27,137 nucleotides of DNA, taken from Clostridiaceae bacterium. GTDB lineage: Bacteria; Bacillota; Peptococcia; DRI-13; JAPXME01. The notes beneath the pieces are model-generated. The model made no database searches and was not told where the DNA came from. It worked only from the letters and a program-made list of their open reading frames with translations. This document shows positions 8,006-17,229 of the stretch, in pieces (within the stretch, counting starts at the first letter, position 1; the number at the start of each line of letters is the position of its first letter). The stretch is taken from positions 5,087 through 32,223 of the forward strand of contig JAPXME010000002.1 of NCBI GenBank assembly GCA_033809185.1. Direction: 5' to 3'. Position numbers and translations under genes: made by a program.

Positions 8006-8863
8006 TCAATCCCTTTCCTTAATTTCTTGTAAATTTCGAATGCAAGTAGCAGCACATTCCCTAACCCAAGGGTCCTGGTCTTGCAAGAATGGCTCTACAT
8101 ATTCTACGGCCTCAACCACACGAAGGCTGGCTAGCACTTCTAAGCTTTTGGCTCTTATGCTCCAATCATCTTCAGCTAGGCACATTGCCACCTCTAACCA
8201 GTATTCCCGAAACATAAAGGCTTCAATTGCTTCTAAAGCTTTCTTTTTTAATACTATTTCCGTAGAATCTATAGCCTCAGCCACAAAAGGCCGGCATTTA
8301 GGGTTTTCTCCTAAAACCATTAGTTCTAATAGGCGGGCTTGCACCTGGGCTGTCGCCTTAGGATAGGCCTCCAGCATCATTTCTTGAGCATAAAAGCCCA
8401 TGGCTAACAATACTTCTCCGGCCCTAGCCGCAGCAATTTTTTCTTCCAATAGACCTGTCAAAAGGATAGGTACAACAAGGCGTGGAGTATGATTTTTCAA
8501 TGCTCCACTAGCCATTAATTGAACAGCATCTTCTTTGTGTCCCAGAAGCTCGGCTAGAATTTCAATTACTTCCCGTGAGGGCAGATAACCCAGACATTCT
8601 ATAGCCAATTCCCGTTCCTCGCGATTGTTCATCAAGTCTTTGAGGGTAGGAACTTCCCTAGCTAATAAGGGCCGAACCAAATCCCGACGGCTAGTCCTAT
8701 CTAATAAAGGAAGGAGTTCTTTTAGCACATCCCAACAGTTGGCAAAATCTTCTTGCTGCAGCTTCTTGCCAGCCTCTCGTACTACAGATTCAGGATCAGA
8801 TACTGCCTTGACCTTCCATTCCTGCAAATTAGATATAATATTTTTGCCTTTAAATAAGGCCAC
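8006..8863 (-). CDS. HEAT/PBS-lyase-like repeat protein (285 aa)
   Basis: Repeated helical units ending in motifs such as DEDWSIRAKSLEVL, DQDPWVRECAA, HKEDAVQLMASGAL and ERELAIECLG. GTG start with GGGGG SD; no TM segment seen. Confidence 0.75.
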   Translation of the reverse strand: MALFKGKNIISNLQEWKVKAVSDPESVVREAGKKLQQEDFANCWDVLKELLPLLDRTSRRDLVRPLLAREVPTLKDLMNNREERELAIECLGYLPSREVIEILAELLGHKEDAVQLMASGALKNHTPRLVVPILLTGLLEEKIAAARAGEVLLAMGFYAQEMMLEAYPKATAQVQARLLELMVLGENPKCRPFVAEAIDSTEIVLKKKALEAIEAFMFREYWLEVAMCLAEDDWSIRAKSLEVLASLRVVEAVEYVEPFLQDQDPWVRECAATCIRNLQEIKERD

Positions 8864-8882
8864 TGTAATCCCCCACTTCTCT

Positions 8883-9608
8883 TCACAGCCAAAAAGTTAC
8901 TATTTTCCCTGTTAAGAATTTAAATATTTCAAGGTAATAGGGAACTATCCTCGAATTGTTAAGAATATTTGCTAGTCCCTGTAGGGCTGGTGATTTAGCT
9001 AGTGCCGCTGCCTGAATAATTGGCTGTAATAATCCAGCGATTATGGAAAGAATCAGAATGATTACCACAGCCCCAACTACTAGGCCTCCCAGGCTATCTA
9101 TAACACCAATAACGGATAGCCTAGCAATTCGTTGAAAAATATAAGCCAATAACATCAAAATAGCGACTATCACCGCCCAGATAATTAGAAAGGCAGCAGT
9201 ATTAAGTATAGCGTTAGTGATAAAATCATAAATAACTTCCCCGAGCACTATTGTATCAGCTGAAGCGCTACCCATAACCTGCTCAACTTGCGATAATTGG
9301 GAAGTTAAAAACTCTGGCAGAGGAAACTTCTCCAGAAGTGACTCAAGATCAAGTAGCGGCGGTTCCAGTTTGATAGAGAGTATAGCATCCGGTAGTGTTA
9401 ACCGTGTCCGCAGAAAATTATTTAGAGCCCCTCTTACATTAAAAACTGCATCTGCCCAAGCAACTAAAAGCCAATAATATTTTAAGGCAATAAAAAAACC
9501 TAGTATTTGGCTGATCAGGCTGGCTACAGTACCCACTAGCCCCTTGCGAAATCCATTATAGGCACCCCAAACCATAATTATAATCAGAATTAGGTCAAAT
9601 ATTTGCAC
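8883..9608 (-). CDS. CvpA (colicin V production)-family membrane protein (start probably near the GTG at 9608)
   Basis: FDLILIII..WGAYNGFRKGLV N-terminal motif, IDSLGGLVVG motif, multiple TM helices and C-terminal S.IVPY. The exact start is uncertain. Confidence 0.8.
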   Translation of the reverse strand: MQIFDLILIIIMVWGAYNGFRKGLVGTVASLISQILGFFIALKYYWLLVAWADAVFNVRGALNNFLRTRLTLPDAILSIKLEPPLLDLESLLEKFPLPEFLTSQLSQVEQVMGSASADTIVLGEVIYDFITNAILNTAAFLIIWAVIVAILMLLAYIFQRIARLSVIGVIDSLGGLVVGAVVIILILSIIAGLLQPIIQAAALAKSPALQGLANILNNSRIVPYYLEIFKFLTGKIVTFWL

Positions 9609-9941
9609 TCCCACTACCAACACTACCTTTATAATAGAATTAATTTTAATTTGTAAATATTTCATTACTAAAAGAAGATTAAATAAGATTACATAATACA
9701 AAGTGACTATTCGCCAAATAATGTATTAAGTCCTTCTCCTAGCATCTTCAAGCTTAAGGGAATAACCTATCCGCCGTATTTCTCCTAGTAAAAATATCAT
9801 TATGTTGTAGTATTATTATCATTATATAGTTGCAAAGTAACCACACGGGCATTTTTACAGCTTTTTATCAGACATATTTTATGTTAGAATATAGGGTGTG
9901 TCTATCAGTTATGATAAGAATGATTTTTGAGAGGGGCTCTA

Positions 9942-10772
9942 ATGATGAAAGGGAAATTAAGTCTATTTCTTATTACGTTATTAATTTTAGGTACTTTTTT
10001 GGTCACAGGGTGTACAACCACTCAGGAAGCAGATGAATTTAGGGTCGGTATGGAATGTGCTTATGCACCTTTTAACTGGACCCAAAGCGATTCTTCTAAC
10101 GGAGCCGTTCCCATTGAGGGTAGTAAGGAATATGCCGGCGGTTATGATGTGGAAATCGCCAAAGCTATTGCCAAAGGCCTGGATAAGAAGCTTGTCATCG
10201 TGAAAACTGAATGGTCCGGCCTTACTCCAGCAGTACTTTCCGGCAGCATTGATGCTATAATAGCAGGTATGTCTCCGACTGCCGAAAGGAAACTGACTAT
10301 AGATTTCTCAGATAACTATTACCGTTCTGACCTTGTTATGGTTGTAAAAAAGGGAGGTTCTTATGAGAAAGCTACTAGCTTAGAAGATTTCTCTGGTGCT
10401 AAAATTACCGCTCAGCAAGGTACTTTCCATTACACAGTAATTGACCAGATCCCTAATGTACAAAAGCAAACAGAGATGGATGACTTCGCCGCTATGAGGG
10501 TCGCATTAGAATCGGGAATCATTGATGGATACGTTTCTGAGAGACCCGAAGGCATTTCAGCCACCAGTGCTAATGATAATTTTGTTATGGTTGTCTTCGA
10601 TGAAGGCAAAGGCTTTGAAGCATCTGATGACGATGTGGCAATTGCCGTTGGTTTGAAAAAAGGAAACGATAAATTAACCAAGAAAATTAATGAAATCTTA
10701 AGTAAGATTTCTGAAGAAGATAGAATCAAGCTAATGGATAACGCAATTAAAAATCAACCGGCCAGTAACTAA
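9942..10772 (+). CDS. Polar amino-acid ABC transporter substrate-binding lipoprotein
   Basis: Lipobox LVTGC; RVGMECAYAPFNW, GGYDVEIAK, IDAIIAGMSPT.ER..IDFSD.YY (SBP family 3). SD GAGAGGGG precedes ATG 9942. Confidence 0.92.
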   Translation: MMKGKLSLFLITLLILGTFLVTGCTTTQEADEFRVGMECAYAPFNWTQSDSSNGAVPIEGSKEYAGGYDVEIAKAIAKGLDKKLVIVKTEWSGLTPAVLSGSIDAIIAGMSPTAERKLTIDFSDNYYRSDLVMVVKKGGSYEKATSLEDFSGAKITAQQGTFHYTVIDQIPNVQKQTEMDDFAAMRVALESGIIDGYVSERPEGISATSANDNFVMVVFDEGKGFEASDDDVAIAVGLKKGNDKLTKKINEILSKISEEDRIKLMDNAIKNQPASN

Positions 10773-10835
10773 TTACTTAAGCGAGAACTAGTATTAGAAA
10801 AAACTAGGTCGGCTATTATCGAGGTGTAAATGTAA

Positions 10836-11627
10836 ATGGCAGTAGATGCTTCAAGTAGTTTCCTGGAATGGGTTAGATTTATCTTGCAGCAATACTGGCC
10901 TCTTTTTTTGCAAGGAGCCGGTGTTACTCTGCTGATTGCCATCACAGGAACAATTATTGGTTTTCTTATTGGGTTGCTTATTGGTATTGTACGTACTATT
11001 CCTATCGAACCTAATAGCCACCCCGTAAAAAAGTTGCTTTTACGTATTGTGAACTTTATTTTATTGTGCTATATCGAAGTTTTCCGGGGTACCCCGATGA
11101 TCGTCCAGTCAATGGTTATCTTCTATGGAGCAGCGATGGTTTTTAACATCCATCTCACTACGCTCTACGCCGGGATATTTATCGTCTCTATCAATACAGG
11201 AGCCTATATGGCAGAGATTGTCCGGGGAGGAATTCTCTCTATTGATAAAGGCCAGTTTGAAGCCGCCCATTCTATCGGAATGACTCATTGGCAAACTATG
11301 ACTAATATTATTATGCCTCAGGCTGTTCGCAATATTCTGCCGGCTTTGAGTAATGAGTTTGTAATTAATATTAAAGATTCTTCAGTCTTAAATGTTATCT
11401 CAGTTACAGAATTATTCTTTGTTTCAAAATCGGCGGCCGGCGTTTATTACCGGTACTTTGAAGTATTCTTAATCACTTGCGTAATTTATTTCATTATGAC
11501 ATTTACCGTTACTCGTATTCTGAGATTTATCGAAACAAGAATGGATGGTCCGGCGGTTTATACAATATCCGGTTCACAGACAGTACCTGAGGCTCAAATA
11601 AAGATTGCTGACAGGGAGATAAAATAG
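10836..11627 (+). CDS. Polar amino-acid ABC transporter permease
   Basis: [37 protein letters not shown] (EAA loop) and [11 protein letters not shown]. Confidence 0.95.
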   Translation: MAVDASSSFLEWVRFILQQYWPLFLQGAGVTLLIAITGTIIGFLIGLLIGIVRTIPIEPNSHPVKKLLLRIVNFILLCYIEVFRGTPMIVQSMVIFYGAAMVFNIHLTTLYAGIFIVSINTGAYMAEIVRGGILSIDKGQFEAAHSIGMTHWQTMTNIIMPQAVRNILPALSNEFVINIKDSSVLNVISVTELFFVSKSAAGVYYRYFEVFLITCVIYFIMTFTVTRILRFIETRMDGPAVYTISGSQTVPEAQIKIADREIK

Positions 11628-12367
11628 TGGAAAAGATTATTGAAATTCGACACCTAAAAAAATGTTTCGGACAAAACGAAGTTCTGACAGATATCAATTT
11701 CTCGGTATCCAAAGGTGAAGTTGTCTGCATCATCGGTTCCAGTGGTTCCGGGAAGTCAACTCTTTTGAGGTGCTTGAATCTCTTAGAGTTACCAACCAAC
11801 GGCGAGATACTTTTCCGCGGTGAAAATATTCTAGAGCATAATATGTCTACTGCCATGTATCGCGCCAAATTAGGTATGGTCTTTCAACAGTTTAATCTCT
11901 TTAATAACCTCTCAGTTTTAGACAATTGTATTGTCGGACAAGTTAAAGTCTTAAAAAGAGATAAAGCAACAGCCAGGAAAAAAGCTATGGAGTACCTAGA
12001 GTTAGTAGGTATGGCTCAGTTCATCAATGCTAGACCCCACCAGATTTCCGGTGGACAGAAGCAGCGGGTGGCTATCGCTAGAGCCCTTTCTATGGAACCT
12101 GAAGCCTTACTCTTCGATGAACCTACTTCAGCTCTGGATCCAGAAATGGTTGGCGAAGTACTGAAGGTTATGAAGGACTTAGCCAAAAGCGGACTTACTA
12201 TGTTAGTAGTTACCCACGAAATGTCTTTTGCCCGTGATGTGGCTAACCGGGTGGTATTTATGGATCAAGGGGTCATCGTCGAAGATAATCCGCCTGAGGT
12301 AATCTTTAATAACCCGAAAAACGAGAGAACTCGGGCCTTCCTAAAGAGGGTCTTGGAAGACCGCTAA
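11627..12367 (+). CDS. Polar amino-acid ABC transporter ATP-binding protein (GlnQ-like)
   Basis: [45 protein letters not shown] start overlaps the permease stop. Confidence 0.96.
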   Translation: MEKIIEIRHLKKCFGQNEVLTDINFSVSKGEVVCIIGSSGSGKSTLLRCLNLLELPTNGEILFRGENILEHNMSTAMYRAKLGMVFQQFNLFNNLSVLDNCIVGQVKVLKRDKATARKKAMEYLELVGMAQFINARPHQISGGQKQRVAIARALSMEPEALLFDEPTSALDPEMVGEVLKVMKDLAKSGLTMLVVTHEMSFARDVANRVVFMDQGVIVEDNPPEVIFNNPKNERTRAFLKRVLEDR

Positions 12368-12390
12368 AAACCCTCTTTTATAAAGTAATG

Positions 12391-12436
12391 AACCAGGCTA
12401 TAAGCAAAGAACATCTTGCCTACGGCCTGGTTTTTT
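12391..12436. terminator. Long hairpin, probable bidirectional terminator between convergent genes
   Basis: AACCAGGC(12391-98)...GCCTGGTT(12425-32) with an inner GCAA.AGA/TCTTGC stem, followed by T-run. Confidence 0.7.
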
Positions 12437-12472
12437 ATTGCTTTAATTTTTCCCCTTTAGCTATGACTAGTA

Positions 12473-13114
12473 CTAAGGCGTAGTTTTTTCGTTCTTGACA
12501 ATCAATTTCCTTACCATTTCTTTAGCCTCGGAGGTTCCCACAATTATCAACCTATCCCCCTCGGCCAGCAAGACATCAATTGATGGGGAGAAAATCTCTT
12601 TGCCATCCCTGACAATGGCTACAATGGTGGCTCCTGTTCGACTACGGATATTCGTTTCAGCAATAGTTTTGCCCACGAGCCAAGAACCGGGTGAAATTGT
12701 AAGCTCTTCAATCTCCTGCAGGATAGAGGATCTGCGGAAACTGTGTTCTAAGAGCTTAAATAGTTCCCTATCCAATTGCTCGTCGATTTTACGTCTTTGC
12801 TCCATCAACTTATTAATTTTATTACGTGAATTCAGGATCTCTTGACGTTCATTATATTCCTTCAGATATTCCTTAGCCATTTCAGCGGATTTGACAATAA
12901 CCCCACTGCCGGAAACAGCTTGGACTACACCGATATTTTGTAAAAGGGCAATGCTACGCCTAATAGTCTCCGGTGAAACACTATATGTACCGGCTAATAA
13001 CGAACGGCCGGACAGCTTTTGTCCGACTGTGTATTCTCCGCGAACAATCTTTTGGGCTATATCCATTGCAATTTGTTCATACCGGGCAGTTCCGTAATCT
13101 AAACGTTGCGACAT
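12473..13114 (-). CDS. GntR-type wHTH + coiled coil + RCK_C (TrkA-C) regulator, BusR-like
   Basis: N-terminal RYEQIA.DIA.KI.RGEY.VGQKL.GRS.LA..YSVSPETIRR; central heptad-rich helix; C-terminal SWLVGKTIAETNIRSRTGATIVAIVR..SP....L.EGDRL (RCK_C). Confidence 0.85.
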   Translation of the reverse strand: MSQRLDYGTARYEQIAMDIAQKIVRGEYTVGQKLSGRSLLAGTYSVSPETIRRSIALLQNIGVVQAVSGSGVIVKSAEMAKEYLKEYNERQEILNSRNKINKLMEQRRKIDEQLDRELFKLLEHSFRRSSILQEIEELTISPGSWLVGKTIAETNIRSRTGATIVAIVRDGKEIFSPSIDVLLAEGDRLIIVGTSEAKEMVRKLIVKNEKTTP

Positions 13115-13143
13115 TTAATTGGTCAACCTCCTATATCTCCCTA

Positions 13144-13171
13144 ATTCTACCAGCTATTCGCCGTCAGTCAA
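13144..13171 (-). promoter_or_regulatory. Promoter for the BusR-like gene
   Basis: TTGACT (13171-13166), 16 nt, TAGAAT (13149-13144), with extended TGn. Confidence 0.65.
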
Positions 13172-13210
13172 AATATCAGGACCAAGATAATACATTTCCT
13201 TATTCCTATC

Positions 13211-13232
13211 AAAAAAGAGGCCTTCCGGCCTC
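13211..13232 (-). terminator. Rho-independent terminator after the actin-like gene
   Basis: GAGGCC-ttcc-GGCCTC stem followed on the minus strand by T6. Confidence 0.85.
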
Positions 13233-13242
13233 CTTGCTTTAG

Positions 13243-14274
13243 TTAATCATCCCTCTCATTATTGCTGAAATTCATTCTGAATAAGGCATTAGCAAGTTTA
13301 AGGTAACCACGGACATTGGCGGTTTGTGATTCATTTACTAGCACAGCCTGGGGGAATTTGGGTAAGAAGTACTCAGCAATAGCTTTACCTCCACCACCAG
13401 TTAGTAGAATCACATCTATCTCCCTTTTATCCCAAAGATTATTCACTTCAGTTGCAACCTTGTCGGCCAGGGTACTGAAGGCCTCACGCTTAAATTCAGA
13501 AATATCCTGAGGTACCCCGTTAACCCTTACTAGGCCACTTTCAATGATTTTGTCCATTTCATAACTTTCTTTTTCCAACTTAAATTTATCTTGTATCCGT
13601 TGGGTAATCAGATTATGAGCAGTGCTCATTGCAATATCACTGGAAGCACTTTGTTTACCAACAAATTCTAGGTCGGAGGCCAAAGCAAAATCTGAAGTTT
13701 TATAGCCAATGTCTACAATTCCAACCTTTAGATTAGCTAACTCGTTCTCTAATAGATTACCTTCATTATCCAAACGGCGATCATATAAGGTGCCAAAAGG
13801 CTGAGGAATCAATTGTAGCTTATCTATAGTGATCAGCATCGGTTTTTCACTGGAACCGGTGCCAAATTTGATAGCATGGGTACCCTGCATTAAGAGAGCC
13901 CAATCATCTTTGTATTGTTGGTAGTAATCGACTGGTAAGCCGTTAACAACATTGAATTTTTGTTCACCATTTTCAACAAAGAGTGCCAACCCAGCTAAAA
14001 GCAGAACTTTACTGTTAATATCCTCAACCCTATTTCTGCCCATGGATCTAGATACGATAGGGCTTTGTCGTACTGCTAGATCACCCACGAAATATCTCTT
14101 GTTATCGACAGTGATTACTAGGTTATCAGTAACCTTTTTAAAACTCATTAACAACGAATTAAACCGTAAATCGGTACCTACCCCTACTGTACTGGGAAAA
14201 ACCACTTCCTTGCTGCCATCATAGACCTTCACATAGCCGTATCCAAGGTCTATTCCTATTTGCTTTGGAAACAA
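13243..14274 (-). CDS. ParM/StbA-family actin-like ATPase (start probably TTG 14274; 343 aa)
   Basis: Actin-fold motifs: phosphate 1 IGIDLGYGYVK, VNGLPVDYY, connect IPQPFG, phosphate 2 GIVDIGYKTSD and adenosine LTGGGG. SD AGGAGG is 9 nt upstream of TTG 14274; the ATG at 14301 has no SD. Confidence 0.85.
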   Translation of the reverse strand: MFPKQIGIDLGYGYVKVYDGSKEVVFPSTVGVGTDLRFNSLLMSFKKVTDNLVITVDNKRYFVGDLAVRQSPIVSRSMGRNRVEDINSKVLLLAGLALFVENGEQKFNVVNGLPVDYYQQYKDDWALLMQGTHAIKFGTGSSEKPMLITIDKLQLIPQPFGTLYDRRLDNEGNLLENELANLKVGIVDIGYKTSDFALASDLEFVGKQSASSDIAMSTAHNLITQRIQDKFKLEKESYEMDKIIESGLVRVNGVPQDISEFKREAFSTLADKVATEVNNLWDKREIDVILLTGGGGKAIAEYFLPKFPQAVLVNESQTANVRGYLKLANALFRMNFSNNERDD

Positions 14275-14322
14275 TATGCCCACCCTCCTATTTTCCAACA
14301 TTTTGATATTTTTGCATTATGG

Positions 14323-16266
14323 CTAATTTCGCGAAATTTGTGCTGAGACTCTACCATAATTTACTGTAACTGTAACAGGCTTGAGACCTTGTGAAAAAAT
14401 CACATCTCCCTGGAATACTGCCACATACTCTCGGTTATTAGTATTCCAAACAGCTTCAGCACTTACATCCTTCACAGTACCATCATTAAAGGTTGCTATG
14501 GCCTTTAAGGGACTAAAATCTTTAGTCAGACTCCCTACTATCTCTAGCTTCTCAACCCGGGGCTTCAATTCCGCCGGAGTAACTTCAAGGATTAATTGAT
14601 CTCTGAATCCATATCCCTGCATAGTTATTACTGCCCTACCGGTACGCCCTGTGAAGGTTAACACCCCCTTTGAAATCTTGGCCACAAGTGGCTGATTAGA
14701 ACTCCACCTAACATTAGCTGTGACGTCTCTAATGGTTCCATCGCTCATTACAGCTAATGCCGCTAATTTTACAGGTCTATATGTAAAAGCTACATTATGT
14801 TCTCTGATAAATACTTGTTGAACCCAGTTCCCTTTTGCCGACGTGGCATTAACAAATCCACTCAGCTCATCACTCAGCCCTTTGTAGCTAGCGCGGACGC
14901 CAATTCTGCCTGGATTAGGTGCAATATAAAATTTATTTTGATAAACGCTGAGTCTATCTGGAGTCAAGGAGTAAAATTGTGTCTGCTCTGTTACTTCCTT
15001 TAGGCTGCCGTCATCATAGATGCAATAAGCCTTAGGTTCTAAGGGATTATCGGAATTATGTATGTTATTGGCGATAAAAAAGCGCTGTGGTTGAGCTTTT
15101 GGGTAGTCAGGAACATTAACAGTTACAGAATCCTCTCGTACCGTATCACTATACCCCGGAGCTTTCGCACTAACGACTACTGTTCCAGCTTCCCCAGTAA
15201 AGGTAAGTAAACCATCAGTTGTTATCTCTGCAACTTTATTATTATCGACAGCCCAAGTTACACTACCTGAGGGAACAGGTAATTCTGAGCCGTCATTATA
15301 TTTACCTCTTACTGTGAGCTGGAGAGGAACCCCTTCCCAGTCAGGCGTATAATTAAGACTCTGGTTAATTTTCAAACTTTGTAAAAAGCGTCCTACCGTT
15401 ATGAGACGTGTATATGTAAATCCGCCGTACTTAACAGTAATCTCTGTTATTCCCTGTTTACCAGTAAACTTTAATTCGCCCTCATTATTAATAGTAGCAA
15501 CTGCCGGATTGCTAGAGCTCCAATCAGCACCCACATTAGGCAATTCCTGCTCTGTACCGTCAACAAGGCGAGCAACTAAGGATAAAGTGATCGGCTCTTC
15601 TGAATATTCGATTTCCTCTTCTTTGATTTTAATTCCTATTCGATAGGCTGGTATGGTTACATCACCATCACCGCCGGTATCAGGAACAGTAACTACAGCC
15701 CAATCATATAAATCACCCCAGCTAGCTTTGATCTGCACATAGCCAGGTTCACCAGTAAAAGTCACTACACCTTGACTATTAACCCAAGCCACAAAGGGGT
15801 TAGTTGTATCCCAAACCAGATTATCCTCCGAACCAAAATACCGTTCTTGACCATCGCTGAATTTACCTTTGACTAATAAGCGATAAGGGTTTTGGCTATA
15901 GACTAAAGAAGTCTCAATATCCACGCTGACAGGCCAAGGTTTAACATGAACTGTCTTGGTCCCAACAACCGCACCTCTGCTGACAGAGATAGTCACTGTG
16001 CCGCCTTTCCCAGTGAAATGGACCCGTCCCGAAGTACTAACAGTCGCAATATCATAGTCAGAACTTCGCCAAATTAGGTTCCCTGTTAAACGTTGTTGTA
16101 CACCATTAGAAAGAATCCCGGTCACAGTCAGGGTTTGTCCGTTTGGCCCGGGAACTAAGTCTTCATTTATTCTCAAACTAGTAAGATAAACATCAGTAGC
16201 AGGTACCGGTATTGCGGTACACATCATTAAAAGCGCTACCACTAAAAGAAAAGCAACCTTTTTCAT
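14323..16266 (-). CDS. Secreted protein with about 7 tandem bacterial Ig-like (Big_2-type) repeats (647 aa)
   Basis: Sec signal MKKVAFLLVVALLMMCTAIPVPA. Seven units with pattern L...G/A...DG...(V/D)WxSSN..VA.V...G...FTG..G.V.I. No LPXTG, SLH or C-terminal TM seen. Confidence 0.8.
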   Translation of the reverse strand: MKKVAFLLVVALLMMCTAIPVPATDVYLTSLRINEDLVPGPNGQTLTVTGILSNGVQQRLTGNLIWRSSDYDIATVSTSGRVHFTGKGGTVTISVSRGAVVGTKTVHVKPWPVSVDIETSLVYSQNPYRLLVKGKFSDGQERYFGSEDNLVWDTTNPFVAWVNSQGVVTFTGEPGYVQIKASWGDLYDWAVVTVPDTGGDGDVTIPAYRIGIKIKEEEIEYSEEPITLSLVARLVDGTEQELPNVGADWSSSNPAVATINNEGELKFTGKQGITEITVKYGGFTYTRLITVGRFLQSLKINQSLNYTPDWEGVPLQLTVRGKYNDGSELPVPSGSVTWAVDNNKVAEITTDGLLTFTGEAGTVVVSAKAPGYSDTVREDSVTVNVPDYPKAQPQRFFIANNIHNSDNPLEPKAYCIYDDGSLKEVTEQTQFYSLTPDRLSVYQNKFYIAPNPGRIGVRASYKGLSDELSGFVNATSAKGNWVQQVFIREHNVAFTYRPVKLAALAVMSDGTIRDVTANVRWSSNQPLVAKISKGVLTFTGRTGRAVITMQGYGFRDQLILEVTPAELKPRVEKLEIVGSLTKDFSPLKAIATFNDGTVKDVSAEAVWNTNNREYVAVFQGDVIFSQGLKPVTVTVNYGRVSAQISRN

Positions 16267-16350
16267 AGGTCCTCCTTATTTCTTAAGTCTTCCTAGACTG
16301 GTTTTTTCTGCTATACAGATTATTATAACAGAATTAATGACAAATTCACT

Positions 16351-16399
16351 AAAAAAGAACCCCACCCATCAACGCAATCAAAGATTGCCGATGGTTCCC
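16351..16399 (-). terminator. Terminator after udg
   Basis: Minus strand CCATC.GCAATC-TTT-GATTGC..GATGG stem, then GGTTC-TTTTTT. Confidence 0.65.
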
Positions 16400-16419
16400 G
16401 GGAATCTTGTTATATTAAT

Positions 16420-17013
16420 TTAACAATACTGTGAATAATGATTCTTATCTACTAATTCCCGATATTTGGCTACGACTTGTTTAAAGTCTTCCCAAGCGGC
16501 TTTTTTTAAGTTGGGATTACGCAGTAATGCGGCAGGATGATAGGTAGGCATTACCCAATAGCCCTTCCATTCAAGCCATTGACCGCGCATTTTGCTGATC
16601 TTAGCCCTAGGATCGATCAGTCCTTGCAAGGCAGTAGCACCAAGCAACACAATAATCGACGGCTGAATAATTTCCAACTGTTTGTATAAATAAGGTAGAC
16701 AGGCTACCCTTTCTTCTGGTAGAGGTGTACGGTTTTCAGGAGGTCTACATTTTACAATATTAGCAATATAAACATTGGTGAACCGTTCAAAGCCACAAAC
16801 CTCCAAGATTTTATCCAGAAGCTGCCCACCTCGGCCAACGAAAGGACGGCCTAGTTTGTCCTCTTCCCGACCAGGACCTTCACCAATCAACATTAGCTTA
16901 GCCTCCGGATTCCCTTCACCAAACACTACTTGCTGACAGCCTTGGCGCAATTTGCAAGCCTGGCAGTTTATAACCTTATCTTTTAGTTCTTCTAATTGTG
17001 TTACTGCTTCCAC
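16420..17013 (-). CDS. udg: Uracil-DNA glycosylase, family 4 (4Fe-4S type); start moved to GTG 17013
   Basis: CQAC.L, GEGPG.EED..GRPFVGRGG, NIVKCRPPENR.P...E..AC and YHPAALLR motifs. SD AAGGGAGG is 7 nt upstream of GTG 17013. Confidence 0.93.
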   Translation of the reverse strand: MEAVTQLEELKDKVINCQACKLRQGCQQVVFGEGNPEAKLMLIGEGPGREEDKLGRPFVGRGGQLLDKILEVCGFERFTNVYIANIVKCRPPENRTPLPEERVACLPYLYKQLEIIQPSIIVLLGATALQGLIDPRAKISKMRGQWLEWKGYWVMPTYHPAALLRNPNLKKAAWEDFKQVVAKYRELVDKNHYSQYC

Positions 17014-17229
17014 TACGCAGCCTCCCTTTTTTACATTATTCAACTGTTTACAGCAAAATTCCTGCCCCAAAAAAGCTAAAACAAGCCAAATTTTTAGCTA
17101 ATCAGAAAAACAGATCGCTCTTTATGGTATAAGTCCGGCCAAACAATTAAATAATACATATATAAATAATTTGCCTTAATTATTATCTCAACAATAATTC
17201 AACTACAACGGTTAGAAAGGGGAAAAGCT

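Noticed and set aside
13243-14274. Calling the actin-like gene a functional parMRC plasmid/prophage partition system
   Set aside because: No ParR-sized ORF or iterated centromere was seen, and the flanks are chromosomal housekeeping genes.
17178-17199. AATTATT-N8-AATAATT inverted repeat upstream of the OYE gene
   Set aside because: Pure A/T arms in an AT-rich spacer are too likely by chance to call an operator.
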